Origin: a virus
Virus record (IMG/VR): IMGVR_UViG_3300021127_000004
Location: 14,700-78,699 of that record
Reading direction: 5' to 3' (one strand)
DNA: 64,000 bases
Shown: one piece after another, positions 49,358-57,844 of the stretch
Layout: the number at the start of each line of letters is the position of its first letter
Position numbering within the stretch: the stretch's first letter is position 1
Made by a program: the position numbers and the translations under genes
The notes under the pieces: generated by a model
The model's input: the letters and a program-made list of their open reading frames with translations, nothing else
The model's database searches: none
What the model was told of the DNA's origin: nothing

Positions 49358-50913
49358 GATTTTACATATTCTTTTAATTCTTTGTTGCTCATATTCCTTA
49401 TTTTATATAGTTCGTTCCAATTATCATTAAAAAATGGATTTTTTTCAGAACTATCAATACTTATGAAATGGTCTAAATGATAAAGAACACCTTTAACTCT
49501 ACCTACTTTATACCCAAGCCTTTCAAACCTTTCCCTTCTTTCCGTATCCTCTGGTGCATAGGAAATCATATTTTCATTTTCCCCACCACCTTCTATAAAT
49601 ACATCTTTTCGCCAAGCCATTGCACCACCTACACTCATGCCGTCTCCTTGTCTCATCCCTTTGAAAACTTCCCCTCCTAAAATACCTATGTCTAAAAATT
49701 TTTCTATTGTTGAAAATCTATTTCTAGGAACTCTTGCGAAACGTCCGTCATAAGGATAGCACATATCAGCACGTTTACTTCTTAATTCTTCTATACAATT
49801 TAATACTTGTAATGGGGGGACTATAACATCTGCATCCCAATTAAATATAATATCTGTTTGTACTAAATAAAACATTTCATTCAGCATTTTCGTACGGTGA
49901 AAGTTATTTATTTCGGGGAAATTTACATAATTAACCCCTTGTATATCTTTCCATTGTTCACCGCCCATTTCCCCTACTAATATATCTGCATTAAATAACC
50001 TTTGTAGCATACATATATTCAGCAATAGGTTTGAATTTCTATCGGGGTGGTCGTAAAATACAGGGATGCAAAAAGTGACATCGTGAAGGTCTATCCTATT
50101 AAGTTCCACATCATTGTGGTCGTAAATAATCCAATCATTAGGATAGTATGTACTCCAATCACTTTCTTCTAATAATTTTCCTGCAAAGTGATAGTTAGGG
50201 CGAACTATTTTTGAGTAAGACTTTTTGCCTAAATAAGCCATCCAAAAGGCAAATGTTGAATTTGAAACTATGAAATTATCCATCATAGTACCTAAGCAAA
50301 GTTGTTCTATATCGCTTAACCCTTCTGCAAAAAAAGAATTATCTAAACACTCAAAATGGGTTCTACAATAGGCTAAATCATCCGAAAAAATAACAATATT
50401 GTAATCTTTAAAGTTTGAGAAATTATAGTACAATGCACCAATATAATATTCAATGCTTAATAAATGATAATTACTATTCCCAACATAATCCCCACGCCTT
50501 ATACTTATTGCTATTGTGGGCTTTGTAAATATGTGTTTAAACTTTTCTTTTAGGCTATTTTGAAATTCGTGAGTAAATGATAGCCGTTCTTTTATTTGCG
50601 ATGAATGTTCTTCTAAATATTTACTTGATTGAAACCATCCTCTAAGACCGACTGTTTGTGTTTTAAAATCATCTATTAAACTTTGCCAATAGTCGGGAGT
50701 ATAATGAAAGTGGGGTTCTTCTATTTGCTTGACTAATAGAGGAGTGTTATCTATTTGCGGCGGCGGGGACATAAAAAACTTTGAATAATGCCAAGTGGGT
50801 ATGGCATATTCAATACCATGCTTCAATCTTAAACTTTCTAAGAAACTCCATTGCCATAAAGAGTTCCCTAATCTGCCTCCACCAACTTTACCAACGTGTG
50901 TACCTACTATCAT
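49336..50913 (-). CDS. fused GT11 (alpha-1,2-fucosyltransferase-like) + GT-A (GT2/GT7-like) glycosyltransferase
   Basis: N-half GGRLGN, IRRGDY, FSDD and SNSTFAFWMAYL; C-half WDADV and GGENENMISYAPED. Confidence 0.85.
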   Translation of the reverse strand: MIVGTHVGKVGGGRLGNSLWQWSFLESLRLKHGIEYAIPTWHYSKFFMSPPPQIDNTPLLVKQIEEPHFHYTPDYWQSLIDDFKTQTVGLRGWFQSSKYLEEHSSQIKERLSFTHEFQNSLKEKFKHIFTKPTIAISIRRGDYVGNSNYHLLSIEYYIGALYYNFSNFKDYNIVIFSDDLAYCRTHFECLDNSFFAEGLSDIEQLCLGTMMDNFIVSNSTFAFWMAYLGKKSYSKIVRPNYHFAGKLLEESDWSTYYPNDWIIYDHNDVELNRIDLHDVTFCIPVFYDHPDRNSNLLLNICMLQRLFNADILVGEMGGEQWKDIQGVNYVNFPEINNFHRTKMLNEMFYLVQTDIIFNWDADVIVPPLQVLNCIEELRSKRADMCYPYDGRFARVPRNRFSTIEKFLDIGILGGEVFKGMRQGDGMSVGGAMAWRKDVFIEGGGENENMISYAPEDTERRERFERLGYKVGRVKGVLYHLDHFISIDSSEKNPFFNDNWNELYKIRNMSNKELKEYVKSWVWMKK

Positions 50914-50918
50914 GTTTT

Positions 50919-51569
50919 TTATTTTTTAGTTATTACAATTAAATTACGGTAAAAAGATATTGATTCTATTTGGTCTTTAAAAATTTCATTTGGAGTAAAC
51001 CCTTCTATATATTTATAGTTTACTTCGTCTACTAACTTTCTAAAATAGTTTAAGCTAGTGTTAGAAGAATAATCTGACAATTCTAACGTGCCGCCAAATC
51101 CATCACGCTCGTAATAACTTGTTTCAGAATCTTCAACTATATATATCCCCCCACTTTTTAATAATGGGAATACGATTTCAAAAGCGTCTATAACGTGTGA
51201 ATTAACGTGGCTACCATCATCTAAAAAGACAGTTGGATTGCCTACCTTAGTAAACATATCTTCTATAAATTCAAGGTCTATTTGAGAGCCTTTAAATACT
51301 TTTATACCATCAAAATTAGGTAAATCTTTTTTATGAATATCGAAAGTTATAATATCTGCTAAGGGGAAATATTCACGCCACATTCTTGCGCTTTGTCCGC
51401 CTCTATCAATGTACTCATATCCCCCAATCCCACATTCAATAAAAACAAAATTGTTGTGTCTTAAATTAGAGAAAATTTTTTCATAAATACTACAATAGTC
51501 ATGGTGTAAACTAGACTTATCTGTTTCATATTTTATTGCAAGTGTATCTAGTGATGTTTGTTCTGTCAT
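50919..51569 (-). CDS. SAM-dependent sugar O-methyltransferase (MycE/TylE-like)
   Basis: TDK..HHDY, ECGIGGY, S.RMWREYF, GSQID, DDGSH and LKSGGIYIVED. Confidence 0.8.
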   Translation of the reverse strand: MTEQTSLDTLAIKYETDKSSLHHDYCSIYEKIFSNLRHNNFVFIECGIGGYEYIDRGGQSARMWREYFPLADIITFDIHKKDLPNFDGIKVFKGSQIDLEFIEDMFTKVGNPTVFLDDGSHVNSHVIDAFEIVFPLLKSGGIYIVEDSETSYYERDGFGGTLELSDYSSNTSLNYFRKLVDEVNYKYIEGFTPNEIFKDQIESISFYRNLIVITKK

Positions 51570-51581
51570 TATTTATTAAAT

Positions 51582-51788
51582 TTAGTTGTTATTATCTTTA
51601 AAATTATCAATAATTTCTGCTGCTGGGTCAAACTTTTCTAAAACCAAAGTTACTTTTACCCATATACCACAAGGTAATGCTACCTTAGCTAATATTTCAG
51701 ATTCATATTCAACAACTTCTTTCTGTATTTTTTCTAACAATGATTCTAATTTTTCATCAAAAATATCAGTAATATTATCGTGTGGCAT
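51582..51788 (-). CDS. hypothetical protein
   Basis: 68 aa ORF within the operon. Confidence 0.5.
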   Translation of the reverse strand: MPHDNITDIFDEKLESLLEKIQKEVVEYESEILAKVALPCGIWVKVTLVLEKFDPAAEIIDNFKDNNN

Positions 51789-51800
51789 TATTTAATAAAT

Positions 51801-52019
51801 TTAGTCAATATATTTTTCTTCAAAAATAGAATGAAATTTACATCCAAAATTTTCATTTGTAGTTACATAGCCAATTTCATCACCATTAATCATATATGGG
51901 TCGCTATTTATTACTTTATTATTACAATCACCTTGTTCATAAATGCCCCTTCTTTTCCAATACTTACAATTACCACAAGATGCTTTGTCCCAATCTATAC
52001 TTATTGTGTATGTAGCCAT
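51801..52019 (-). CDS. small Cys-rich (CxxC) protein
   Basis: CGNCKYW...GDC...FGCKF. Confidence 0.6.
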   Translation of the reverse strand: MATYTISIDWDKASCGNCKYWKRRGIYEQGDCNNKVINSDPYMINGDEIGYVTTNENFGCKFHSIFEEKYID

Positions 52020-52582
52020 TATTTATTAAATTTAAGCATTAAGTAATTAAGTTTTTCGATGTACTCCCTTCTTAATTCAATTAGTTCGTTTAGGGTGAAT
52101 TTATGTACCAAGTGAGATTGTTCAATTAAGTAGGTTGTTATCCCTTTATGTAAAGATTCTAAAGCATTAGTGTAGGGGGCTTTGTCGGTATTATGTATTT
52201 CATTGCAACGTGGGCAACTTTCATTGCAGTTATTAAGGTCAAATCTTAATCCTAAATGCCTTCTATCTATATAGTGGGAATTGTGCATTTTTGTCCAATG
52301 ATTACGACCTTTCCCCTTACAAACTACACAATCAACAAACCCCGAAACATCACTATGCCTTATCCTTACTATCTTACTTGTTAGTACATCTAAATCGTTA
52401 ATGACATTTTGCATACTTTCCCCACAACCTTCTAATTCACTTTCTCTTTTCTTTGAGAATTTAGAAATAGGTTTGGCATCTTCTTTTTGAGCGCAAGATT
52501 TACAACGTCCCCTACTGAAAGCGTAATCAAAATGACCGCATTTAAGTTGTTTCTTACGGGGTATTATTGTACTGTTACGCAT
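52019..52582 (-). CDS. ninG: NinG/Rap-like recombination endonuclease
   Basis: CVVC, HNSHYIDR, RFDLNNCNESCPRCN and TLNELIEL. Confidence 0.8.
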   Translation of the reverse strand: MRNSTIIPRKKQLKCGHFDYAFSRGRCKSCAQKEDAKPISKFSKKRESELEGCGESMQNVINDLDVLTSKIVRIRHSDVSGFVDCVVCKGKGRNHWTKMHNSHYIDRRHLGLRFDLNNCNESCPRCNEIHNTDKAPYTNALESLHKGITTYLIEQSHLVHKFTLNELIELRREYIEKLNYLMLKFNK

Positions 52583-54017
52583 TACTTTTTAATCTATTTC
52601 TAATTTCATCCAATGTTGTTTCTTTTACTAATTTGCCATCTATAAAAAGAGGTGTCAATAAACCTGTTTGTTCTTGTTCTTTTGTTTGTTGGTCAAAACA
52701 GACTATTTTGCCATTAGTATCGTAATCAACACGAAGTAATCCTTTTTTAGATTTTTTAGTACCATCGTCTGTAATTGGGTCTTTAAATATTTCACGACCT
52801 ATGCCATCAACTTCACCGTAAGTTGCTTTCATTGCAAACCCAAAAGTATCTCTAGTGTTATACTGATATGTATAAGAACCTATACCAAATACAATATTTG
52901 TAGATGCAAACCCTTTCTTCTTTAACCTTTCACAAATTCTATTAGCCCTATCTATTGTAATACTATCACCATAAATAGCACCAATATGACTATCTAATAC
53001 TTTATATCCTTTTTCGTTTAATGTACCTCCAAAAACATCCCAAAGTAATTCAATAACACCTTTGTCTTGCGGGGTATTATAATTTTCGTTTTCAAAGTCA
53101 ATTTTACGACCACAAATAATATCAACAGGGTCTCCGCTATCAGGTCGTATAACTAATTTGCCATCACGACTAAGTATATCTGATTTTAATTGGGGCAAAA
53201 TAACAGTTAATACATACCACAAATCCCAAGTATCACTTACAACACTTAGTATTTGTGTTGGGTATAATTCAAGTAACCTTTTAAAGGTATCTATCTCGTT
53301 TTCTTTTTGACCCATACACATAACGCTATGTTCTGTTGCAGGAACACTTGCCCCAATTAATCCGATTGCATTGTATGATTTTTCAAGTTGATATATAGCA
53401 GGTATAGTGTCAGTACCCGTAAAAGAAAGTAAATGCCCCATACCGCTAAGTATTGCACTTTCTACGCTAGACATACCCCTCATACTAAAATCGTGACCTT
53501 GCCATTGAACAAAAGAATATTCTCCCGTTGTTTCTATTGCATATTTAGATAGTAACTTTCTATATTCGTTAGCAATAGTAGCACTTGTTATGGACTGCCA
53601 TAAAGAACAACTAATTAAAGTCTCCAAGTAATTTACTAACCACCCAAACCTATCATCAGTATTTGTAATTGTAAAAGCAGGAACCCCAATTGGACATAAT
53701 GTTCCTTCATCTAAAGATTTAATTTCAATAGGTAAATAACCTAAGTCGTGCAATGATTCTATATGAGAAGTATCTATTTGGCAATGCCTTTTGTATTCTT
53801 CGATAATTTCCTTTTTTGATACGTTGAAAAAACTGTCGTTAAAATCTTTTACAAGATACTCTTTTACAAAGTGTTGTAATCCAAATACAACCACTTCATT
53901 TACACATTCAATCCTAGATTTTCTAGGGGTAAAGTTAGATACTAATTTGTTCATTCCTTGCGGATACATAAGGTTATGATGCACCTTGTAAAAATCCGTC
54001 TTTAATAGTGGGTTCAT
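52575..54017 (-). CDS. nadV: nicotinamide phosphoribosyltransferase family (likely Namat of NARP1)
   Basis: LLKTDFYK..H, HDFSMRG, SFTGTDT, SVPATEHSVMC, SVVSDT, VIRPDSGDP, IYGDSIT, TRDTFGFAMKAT and KDPITDDG. Confidence 0.93.
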   Translation of the reverse strand: MNPLLKTDFYKVHHNLMYPQGMNKLVSNFTPRKSRIECVNEVVVFGLQHFVKEYLVKDFNDSFFNVSKKEIIEEYKRHCQIDTSHIESLHDLGYLPIEIKSLDEGTLCPIGVPAFTITNTDDRFGWLVNYLETLISCSLWQSITSATIANEYRKLLSKYAIETTGEYSFVQWQGHDFSMRGMSSVESAILSGMGHLLSFTGTDTIPAIYQLEKSYNAIGLIGASVPATEHSVMCMGQKENEIDTFKRLLELYPTQILSVVSDTWDLWYVLTVILPQLKSDILSRDGKLVIRPDSGDPVDIICGRKIDFENENYNTPQDKGVIELLWDVFGGTLNEKGYKVLDSHIGAIYGDSITIDRANRICERLKKKGFASTNIVFGIGSYTYQYNTRDTFGFAMKATYGEVDGIGREIFKDPITDDGTKKSKKGLLRVDYDTNGKIVCFDQQTKEQEQTGLLTPLFIDGKLVKETTLDEIRNRLKSNA

Positions 54018-54022
54018 TTTTT

Positions 54023-54409
54023 TTATTTTATGAGTGTTAATAATAAATTTAATTCTGTGTAAACTTGTGACAATCCCGCCCTATCGTCCAATAAAGCATT
54101 AAAGTATATTTTCCTTTCATCGCTTTTAAAGAAAGGTGGGTTTTCGTTTATGGAATCAAATGGTATTTTATTTTTTAAAAGATAATCTATTATAAAATGT
54201 TTATTTGGATTAGCAGTAAAGCAAATTAGATAACATCCAACGAATTTTAATTCTTGCAACAATAATATAACATCATAGTAAGTGCTACCTTTTTTATGAA
54301 AATCATAAACCGTATTATCAAAATCAAATGCCACTACTAAACTTTTATGCTCGTTGTATTCTTTTAATAACCTTAAAAATGATGCGTTGTGCTTTAAGTA
54401 CTCATCCAT
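54023..54409 (-). CDS. HAD-superfamily phosphatase
   Basis: VAFDFDNTV (motif I), CFTAN (II), RKIY (III) and LLDDRAG (IV). Confidence 0.8.
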   Translation of the reverse strand: MDEYLKHNASFLRLLKEYNEHKSLVVAFDFDNTVYDFHKKGSTYYDVILLLQELKFVGCYLICFTANPNKHFIIDYLLKNKIPFDSINENPPFFKSDERKIYFNALLDDRAGLSQVYTELNLLLTLIK

Positions 54410-55203
54410 TATATTTCTATTTTAATTGTTTTAACAATAGGGCTTTCGTATGTGTGACAATAACTATCAGACACTATCACTTCATTAAATACGCCTTCAA
54501 ACAATTTAGTTCCCTTAGAAAATACACCGTGAGTAACTATAAGTGTTAAGTATGCGGGGTTTATTTGTGATGCAATACCTAAAAAAGTACCTCCACCATC
54601 GCATAAGTCATCTATGATAACGCAATTACGATTTTTACATTTTTCTGGTTCTAAAACTTTTAAAGTTAAGTTACCATTACTTAAATCACGGCTTTTATTG
54701 CAATAAACAATATCTTTTATGTTTTCATTACATTGAAAATATTTGCCTACTTTTTTTACTGCACCAGCATCAGGACAAATCAATATAGAGTTTTCTTTAC
54801 TGTATTTTTTAACCAAAAATTCATTTGTAATGTTTACGGAATTATTTATAAGCATAGTAGATACATCAGAATGAACATCATACAAATAAACTTTTTCAAA
54901 TTTGCAATAATTAACTAAGTCTGCAATTACCTTCAAATCTACACTATCCCCGTGTTGCATAAGCCTATCAAACCTAGCCCCCATTAAATACGGAATATGT
55001 AAATTTTTCTTTTTGGCAAATAAATTATCTAAAGAATTTGAAATTTGCAATAGATTAACTAAAGTAATACTACTTAAAATAGATACGGTTACATCTACCT
55101 CGTCACCTTCATTAACGCCTTGTATATTAATGTGAGGTTGGTTGTCAGGGTAAAGTAAAAACGTTACCCCTTCTTGTTTGTTAATGTTAATTTTTTTTTT
55201 CAT
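54409..55203 (-). CDS. prs: ribose-phosphate pyrophosphokinase-like (likely Adps of NARP1)
   Basis: YPD, PYLMGARFDR, DVHS, PDAGAVKK, IDDLCDGGGTF and VTHGVFSKG; ATG 55203 preferred over the track's 55269. Confidence 0.9.
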   Translation of the reverse strand: MKKKININKQEGVTFLLYPDNQPHINIQGVNEGDEVDVTVSILSSITLVNLLQISNSLDNLFAKKKNLHIPYLMGARFDRLMQHGDSVDLKVIADLVNYCKFEKVYLYDVHSDVSTMLINNSVNITNEFLVKKYSKENSILICPDAGAVKKVGKYFQCNENIKDIVYCNKSRDLSNGNLTLKVLEPEKCKNRNCVIIDDLCDGGGTFLGIASQINPAYLTLIVTHGVFSKGTKLFEGVFNEVIVSDSYCHTYESPIVKTIKIEI

Positions 55204-55207
55204 ATAT

Positions 55208-55447
55208 TTATTTTTTATTGTTATTAAATATTTTTTTACACAAAATATCGGAATACTCAACCAATGCAATTAACCCCCAAAAAAATCCGATAAGACAAGG
55301 TTCAAATAATCCTATACCAAAACAAAACCTATAATCATGGTGACCCGTTAAAAAAATTGCAATAGCAGATATTATAGCAAAAACAAACCCTAATATACAT
55401 CCAACAAAAGGATGTACTTTATTTTCGGGATTACTAGGTAGTCTCAT
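55208..55447 (-). CDS. small membrane protein
   Basis: 79 aa with two hydrophobic segments. Confidence 0.55.
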   Translation of the reverse strand: MRLPSNPENKVHPFVGCILGFVFAIISAIAIFLTGHHDYRFCFGIGLFEPCLIGFFWGLIALVEYSDILCKKIFNNNKK

Positions 55448-55452
55448 TTTGT

Positions 55453-55755
55453 TTATTTTTTATTTTTACTGCTTCCTTTTTCTTGTATTGTAATAGAATC
55501 CCAAAACCCATTACTATCATCTAATAATTCTAGTGGGAGATTATTGTCTGAAATTACTTTTATTGCTTCTATCCTTGCTTCGTTACCAACCCCCTTAGCA
55601 ATCTTACCATAAACTAAACAATCATCATATACCATTAGATTTTTCTTTTTGTAAAATAATCTTCTAAAGGTATCTAGTGGGGTTTCTTCGCCCCCTGTTT
55701 CCGATAATCCCCCCTCGTACACATAAGGTTCTTTGTTATCATTTTTTTTACTCAT
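55453..55755 (-). CDS. hypothetical protein
   Basis: first gene after the leftward promoter. Confidence 0.65.
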   Translation of the reverse strand: MSKKNDNKEPYVYEGGLSETGGEETPLDTFRRLFYKKKNLMVYDDCLVYGKIAKGVGNEARIEAIKVISDNNLPLELLDDSNGFWDSITIQEKGSSKNKK

Positions 55756-55782
55756 AATTTTTTACTTTTTTTTAGTACGGGA

Positions 55783-55880
55783 CAAAAGTAATAATTAATT
55801 CGAGATAATTCATAATTGTTGCAAAATATTTTCTTTATTCAAATAAGTTTGAAAGTTTGGATTAAATGACTATATATTTG
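55783..55880. promoter_or_regulatory. divergent promoter region (main strand switch)
   Basis: leftward TACTTTTG (55783-90, minus); rightward TTTG (55848-51), N21, TATATTTG (55873-80). Confidence 0.75.
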
Positions 55881-55900
55881 CATCGAACAAATAATTAACA

Positions 55901-56095
55901 ATGGAAAAAGAAAAAGTAACATTTAAAGATGCTCTTATAAAAGAGTTAGATGGTAGGTCAAATAGATGGCTTTCAAAAAGGTGTAAGATACACGAAAGCG
56001 AAATCTCTCGTATGACAACTGGCAGACTTATCCCAACCGATAAGCAAGTTGAAAAAATAAAAAGTGTATTCCCAAATTTGATTTATAATAAATAA
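55901..56095 (+). CDS. Cro/XRE-family HTH regulator
   Basis: GRSNRWLSKRCKIHESEISRMTTGRLIPT. Confidence 0.8.
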   Translation: MEKEKVTFKDALIKELDGRSNRWLSKRCKIHESEISRMTTGRLIPTDKQVEKIKSVFPNLIYNK

Positions 56096-56120
56096 ATTTT
56101 TTTAATTGAATTTATCTCCA

Positions 56121-56128
56121 TAATTTTG
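56121..56128 (+). promoter_or_regulatory. -7 promoter element
   Basis: TAATTTTG 16 nt before the KilA-N gene. Confidence 0.45.
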
Positions 56129-56144
56129 TCGAAAATAATTTATA

Positions 56145-56837
56145 ATGAAAACAAATGTAGTTTTAAGTAGTACAGACAGAGATTTGTTTGGTGTTACTAT
56201 TCGGCAAAATACTAAAGAAAAATATCTTAGCTTAACTGATTTACAAAGAGCTTATGAAAAAGCTAGATGGGTTCATGGTTGGAATGATAAAAGAATTAAT
56301 GATATTCTTTCTAGTAAAGACACAAGGGAGCGTATTTTTTATTTGTTATTAGAACGCGGTATTATAAAAACGGAATTTTCCGCATTTATAGAAATGGTAG
56401 AAAAAGAAGGATTGACAAAGGTTTTAAAAGGTCTTGAACTTTATAAAACAACAGGTAGAGGTTCTGATAAAACCGTAATGTGCGACCCTTATGTTTGGAT
56501 ACTGATAGCTATGGAATTAAACCCAATGTTATACGCTAAGGTTATTATATGGCTAACCGATAGTCTAATATTTGACAGAATTGAAGCAGGTACTGAATAT
56601 AGACCAATGAATAGTTGTATAAAAAAGATAGTAGGTGGGAATACAGACTATTCTAAATATGCCAAGCTAATTAACACTAATGTTTTCGGTCAACACCAAA
56701 CAGGAATGAGAAACCTTGCAAGCGCAAAAGAATTAAAAAAGATTGCTGATATAGAAAAGTTTGTCATTAATGCTATTGAACAAGGTTGGCTAAAAAATGA
56801 AAATGATATAACTAATGCAATAACAAATTACAAATAA
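56145..56837 (+). CDS. KilA-N domain DNA-binding protein
   Basis: IRQ...YLSLTDL, TTGRG and CDPYVWILIAMELNP.LYAKVIIWL. Confidence 0.8.
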   Translation: MKTNVVLSSTDRDLFGVTIRQNTKEKYLSLTDLQRAYEKARWVHGWNDKRINDILSSKDTRERIFYLLLERGIIKTEFSAFIEMVEKEGLTKVLKGLELYKTTGRGSDKTVMCDPYVWILIAMELNPMLYAKVIIWLTDSLIFDRIEAGTEYRPMNSCIKKIVGGNTDYSKYAKLINTNVFGQHQTGMRNLASAKELKKIADIEKFVINAIEQGWLKNENDITNAITNYK

Positions 56838-56841
56838 TATT

Positions 56842-57459
56842 ATGGCAGGGTGGGTAAAGATACACAGACAGATTATGGATAACGTTAATTATCTAAGTGA
56901 GCCTTTTTGTAGAAATATGGCTTGGATAGATTTAATATTGTTAGCTAATCACGATGATAACTCATTTAGGTGTAGGGGAATTTTAGTAAAAGTTAAAAGA
57001 GGTCAAATAGGTTATACTTCTGAAAACCTCGCTGAAAGGTGGAAGTGGTCACGGGGTAAAGTTTTAAGATACCTAACGGAACTACAAAAACGTGGGCAGA
57101 TAGTACAACAAAAAAATAACGTAACTACTTTAATATCAATACTTAACTACGAAAAATACCAACACAACAGTACAACAAACGATACAGCAAACGATACAGA
57201 GTTTGAGACAACAGATAGTACAACAGAAAGACAACAAACGGACACTAACAAGAATGATAAGAATGATAAGAATATATATAATAGTATAACTAATAAAGAA
57301 ATTTTCGATTTTTTTTCAATTTTAAAAACAAAAATAAATGTCACAGACACAGAATTTAGCGGCGCAATTCAATCACAGGGGGAAGATTATTTTCTTGAAA
57401 GATTACGAGAATCTCAAATGGAATCAACAGACACTCAATTTAATAAGGTTGAGGACTAA
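56842..57459 (+). CDS. replication initiator (DnaD/lambda O-like replisome organiser)
   Basis: GWVKIHRQI, AWIDLILLANH, RGQ...S...LAERWKWS and TLISILNYEKYQ, followed by a T/N/D-rich linker. Confidence 0.85.
   Translation: MAGWVKIHRQIMDNVNYLSEPFCRNMAWIDLILLANHDDNSFRCRGILVKVKRGQIGYTSENLAERWKWSRGKVLRYLTELQKRGQIVQQKNNVTTLISILNYEKYQHNSTTNDTANDTEFETTDSTTERQQTDTNKNDKNDKNIYNSITNKEIFDFFSILKTKINVTDTEFSGAIQSQGEDYFLERLRESQMESTDTQFNKVED
57098..57275 (+). repeat. iteron-like repeats (putative replication origin) inside the initiator gene
   Basis: CAGATAGTACAACA x2, CAAACGATACAG x2, multiple ACAACA units and AAGAATGAT x2, followed by an AT-rich tract. Confidence 0.6.
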
Positions 57460-57832
57460 TAGTGATTGTGCTTGGCATCAAGTTGAAGAAAAGTATTTAA
57501 ACGGTAAGTTTAATGATTTGATTTTAAGGATTTGCGTTATAAGTGGCGGTAGTTATCCTAAGACTAAGCCTATGTATGATGCTTTTCTATCTGAATTAAA
57601 AGTATTTGTTTCCCAACCGAAGTATATTACCCTTTCTTTTGACGAATTTATATTTGCTTTTAGGATGAGCATAGATAGTACTTATCGTTACCAAAGTGGG
57701 GAATATGTAGAAACAGTTTTTTTAGATAGTGAAAACATAAACATTGGTTATATTTCAAAAGTTTTGTACCACTACTACCAACTAAGAATAGGTGTTGAAA
57801 ATTTGATAGGTAACACGATTGATGGCTACTAA
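57338..57832 (+). CDS. hypothetical replication-module protein
   Basis: 164 aa between initiator and primase-helicase; the start overlaps the initiator by 122 nt and is uncertain. Confidence 0.55.
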   Translation: MSQTQNLAAQFNHRGKIIFLKDYENLKWNQQTLNLIRLRTNSDCAWHQVEEKYLNGKFNDLILRICVISGGSYPKTKPMYDAFLSELKVFVSQPKYITLSFDEFIFAFRMSIDSTYRYQSGEYVETVFLDSENINIGYISKVLYHYYQLRIGVENLIGNTIDGY

Positions 57833-57844
57833 AAAAAATAAAGT

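Noticed and set aside
519-55000. Many plus-strand ORFs of 60-200 aa in the track (e.g. 2483..2830, 17129..17710, 35975..36574)
   Set aside because: They are antisense shadows lying within long minus-strand genes, mostly with non-ATG starts and F/S/L-rich composition
45687-55203. Host chromosomal DNA (groEL, prs, nadV, glycosyltransferases) flanking a prophage
   Set aside because: The genes are divergent, interleaved with NinG and phage hypotheticals, and share the phage's k-mer bias; no integrase or att site was seen
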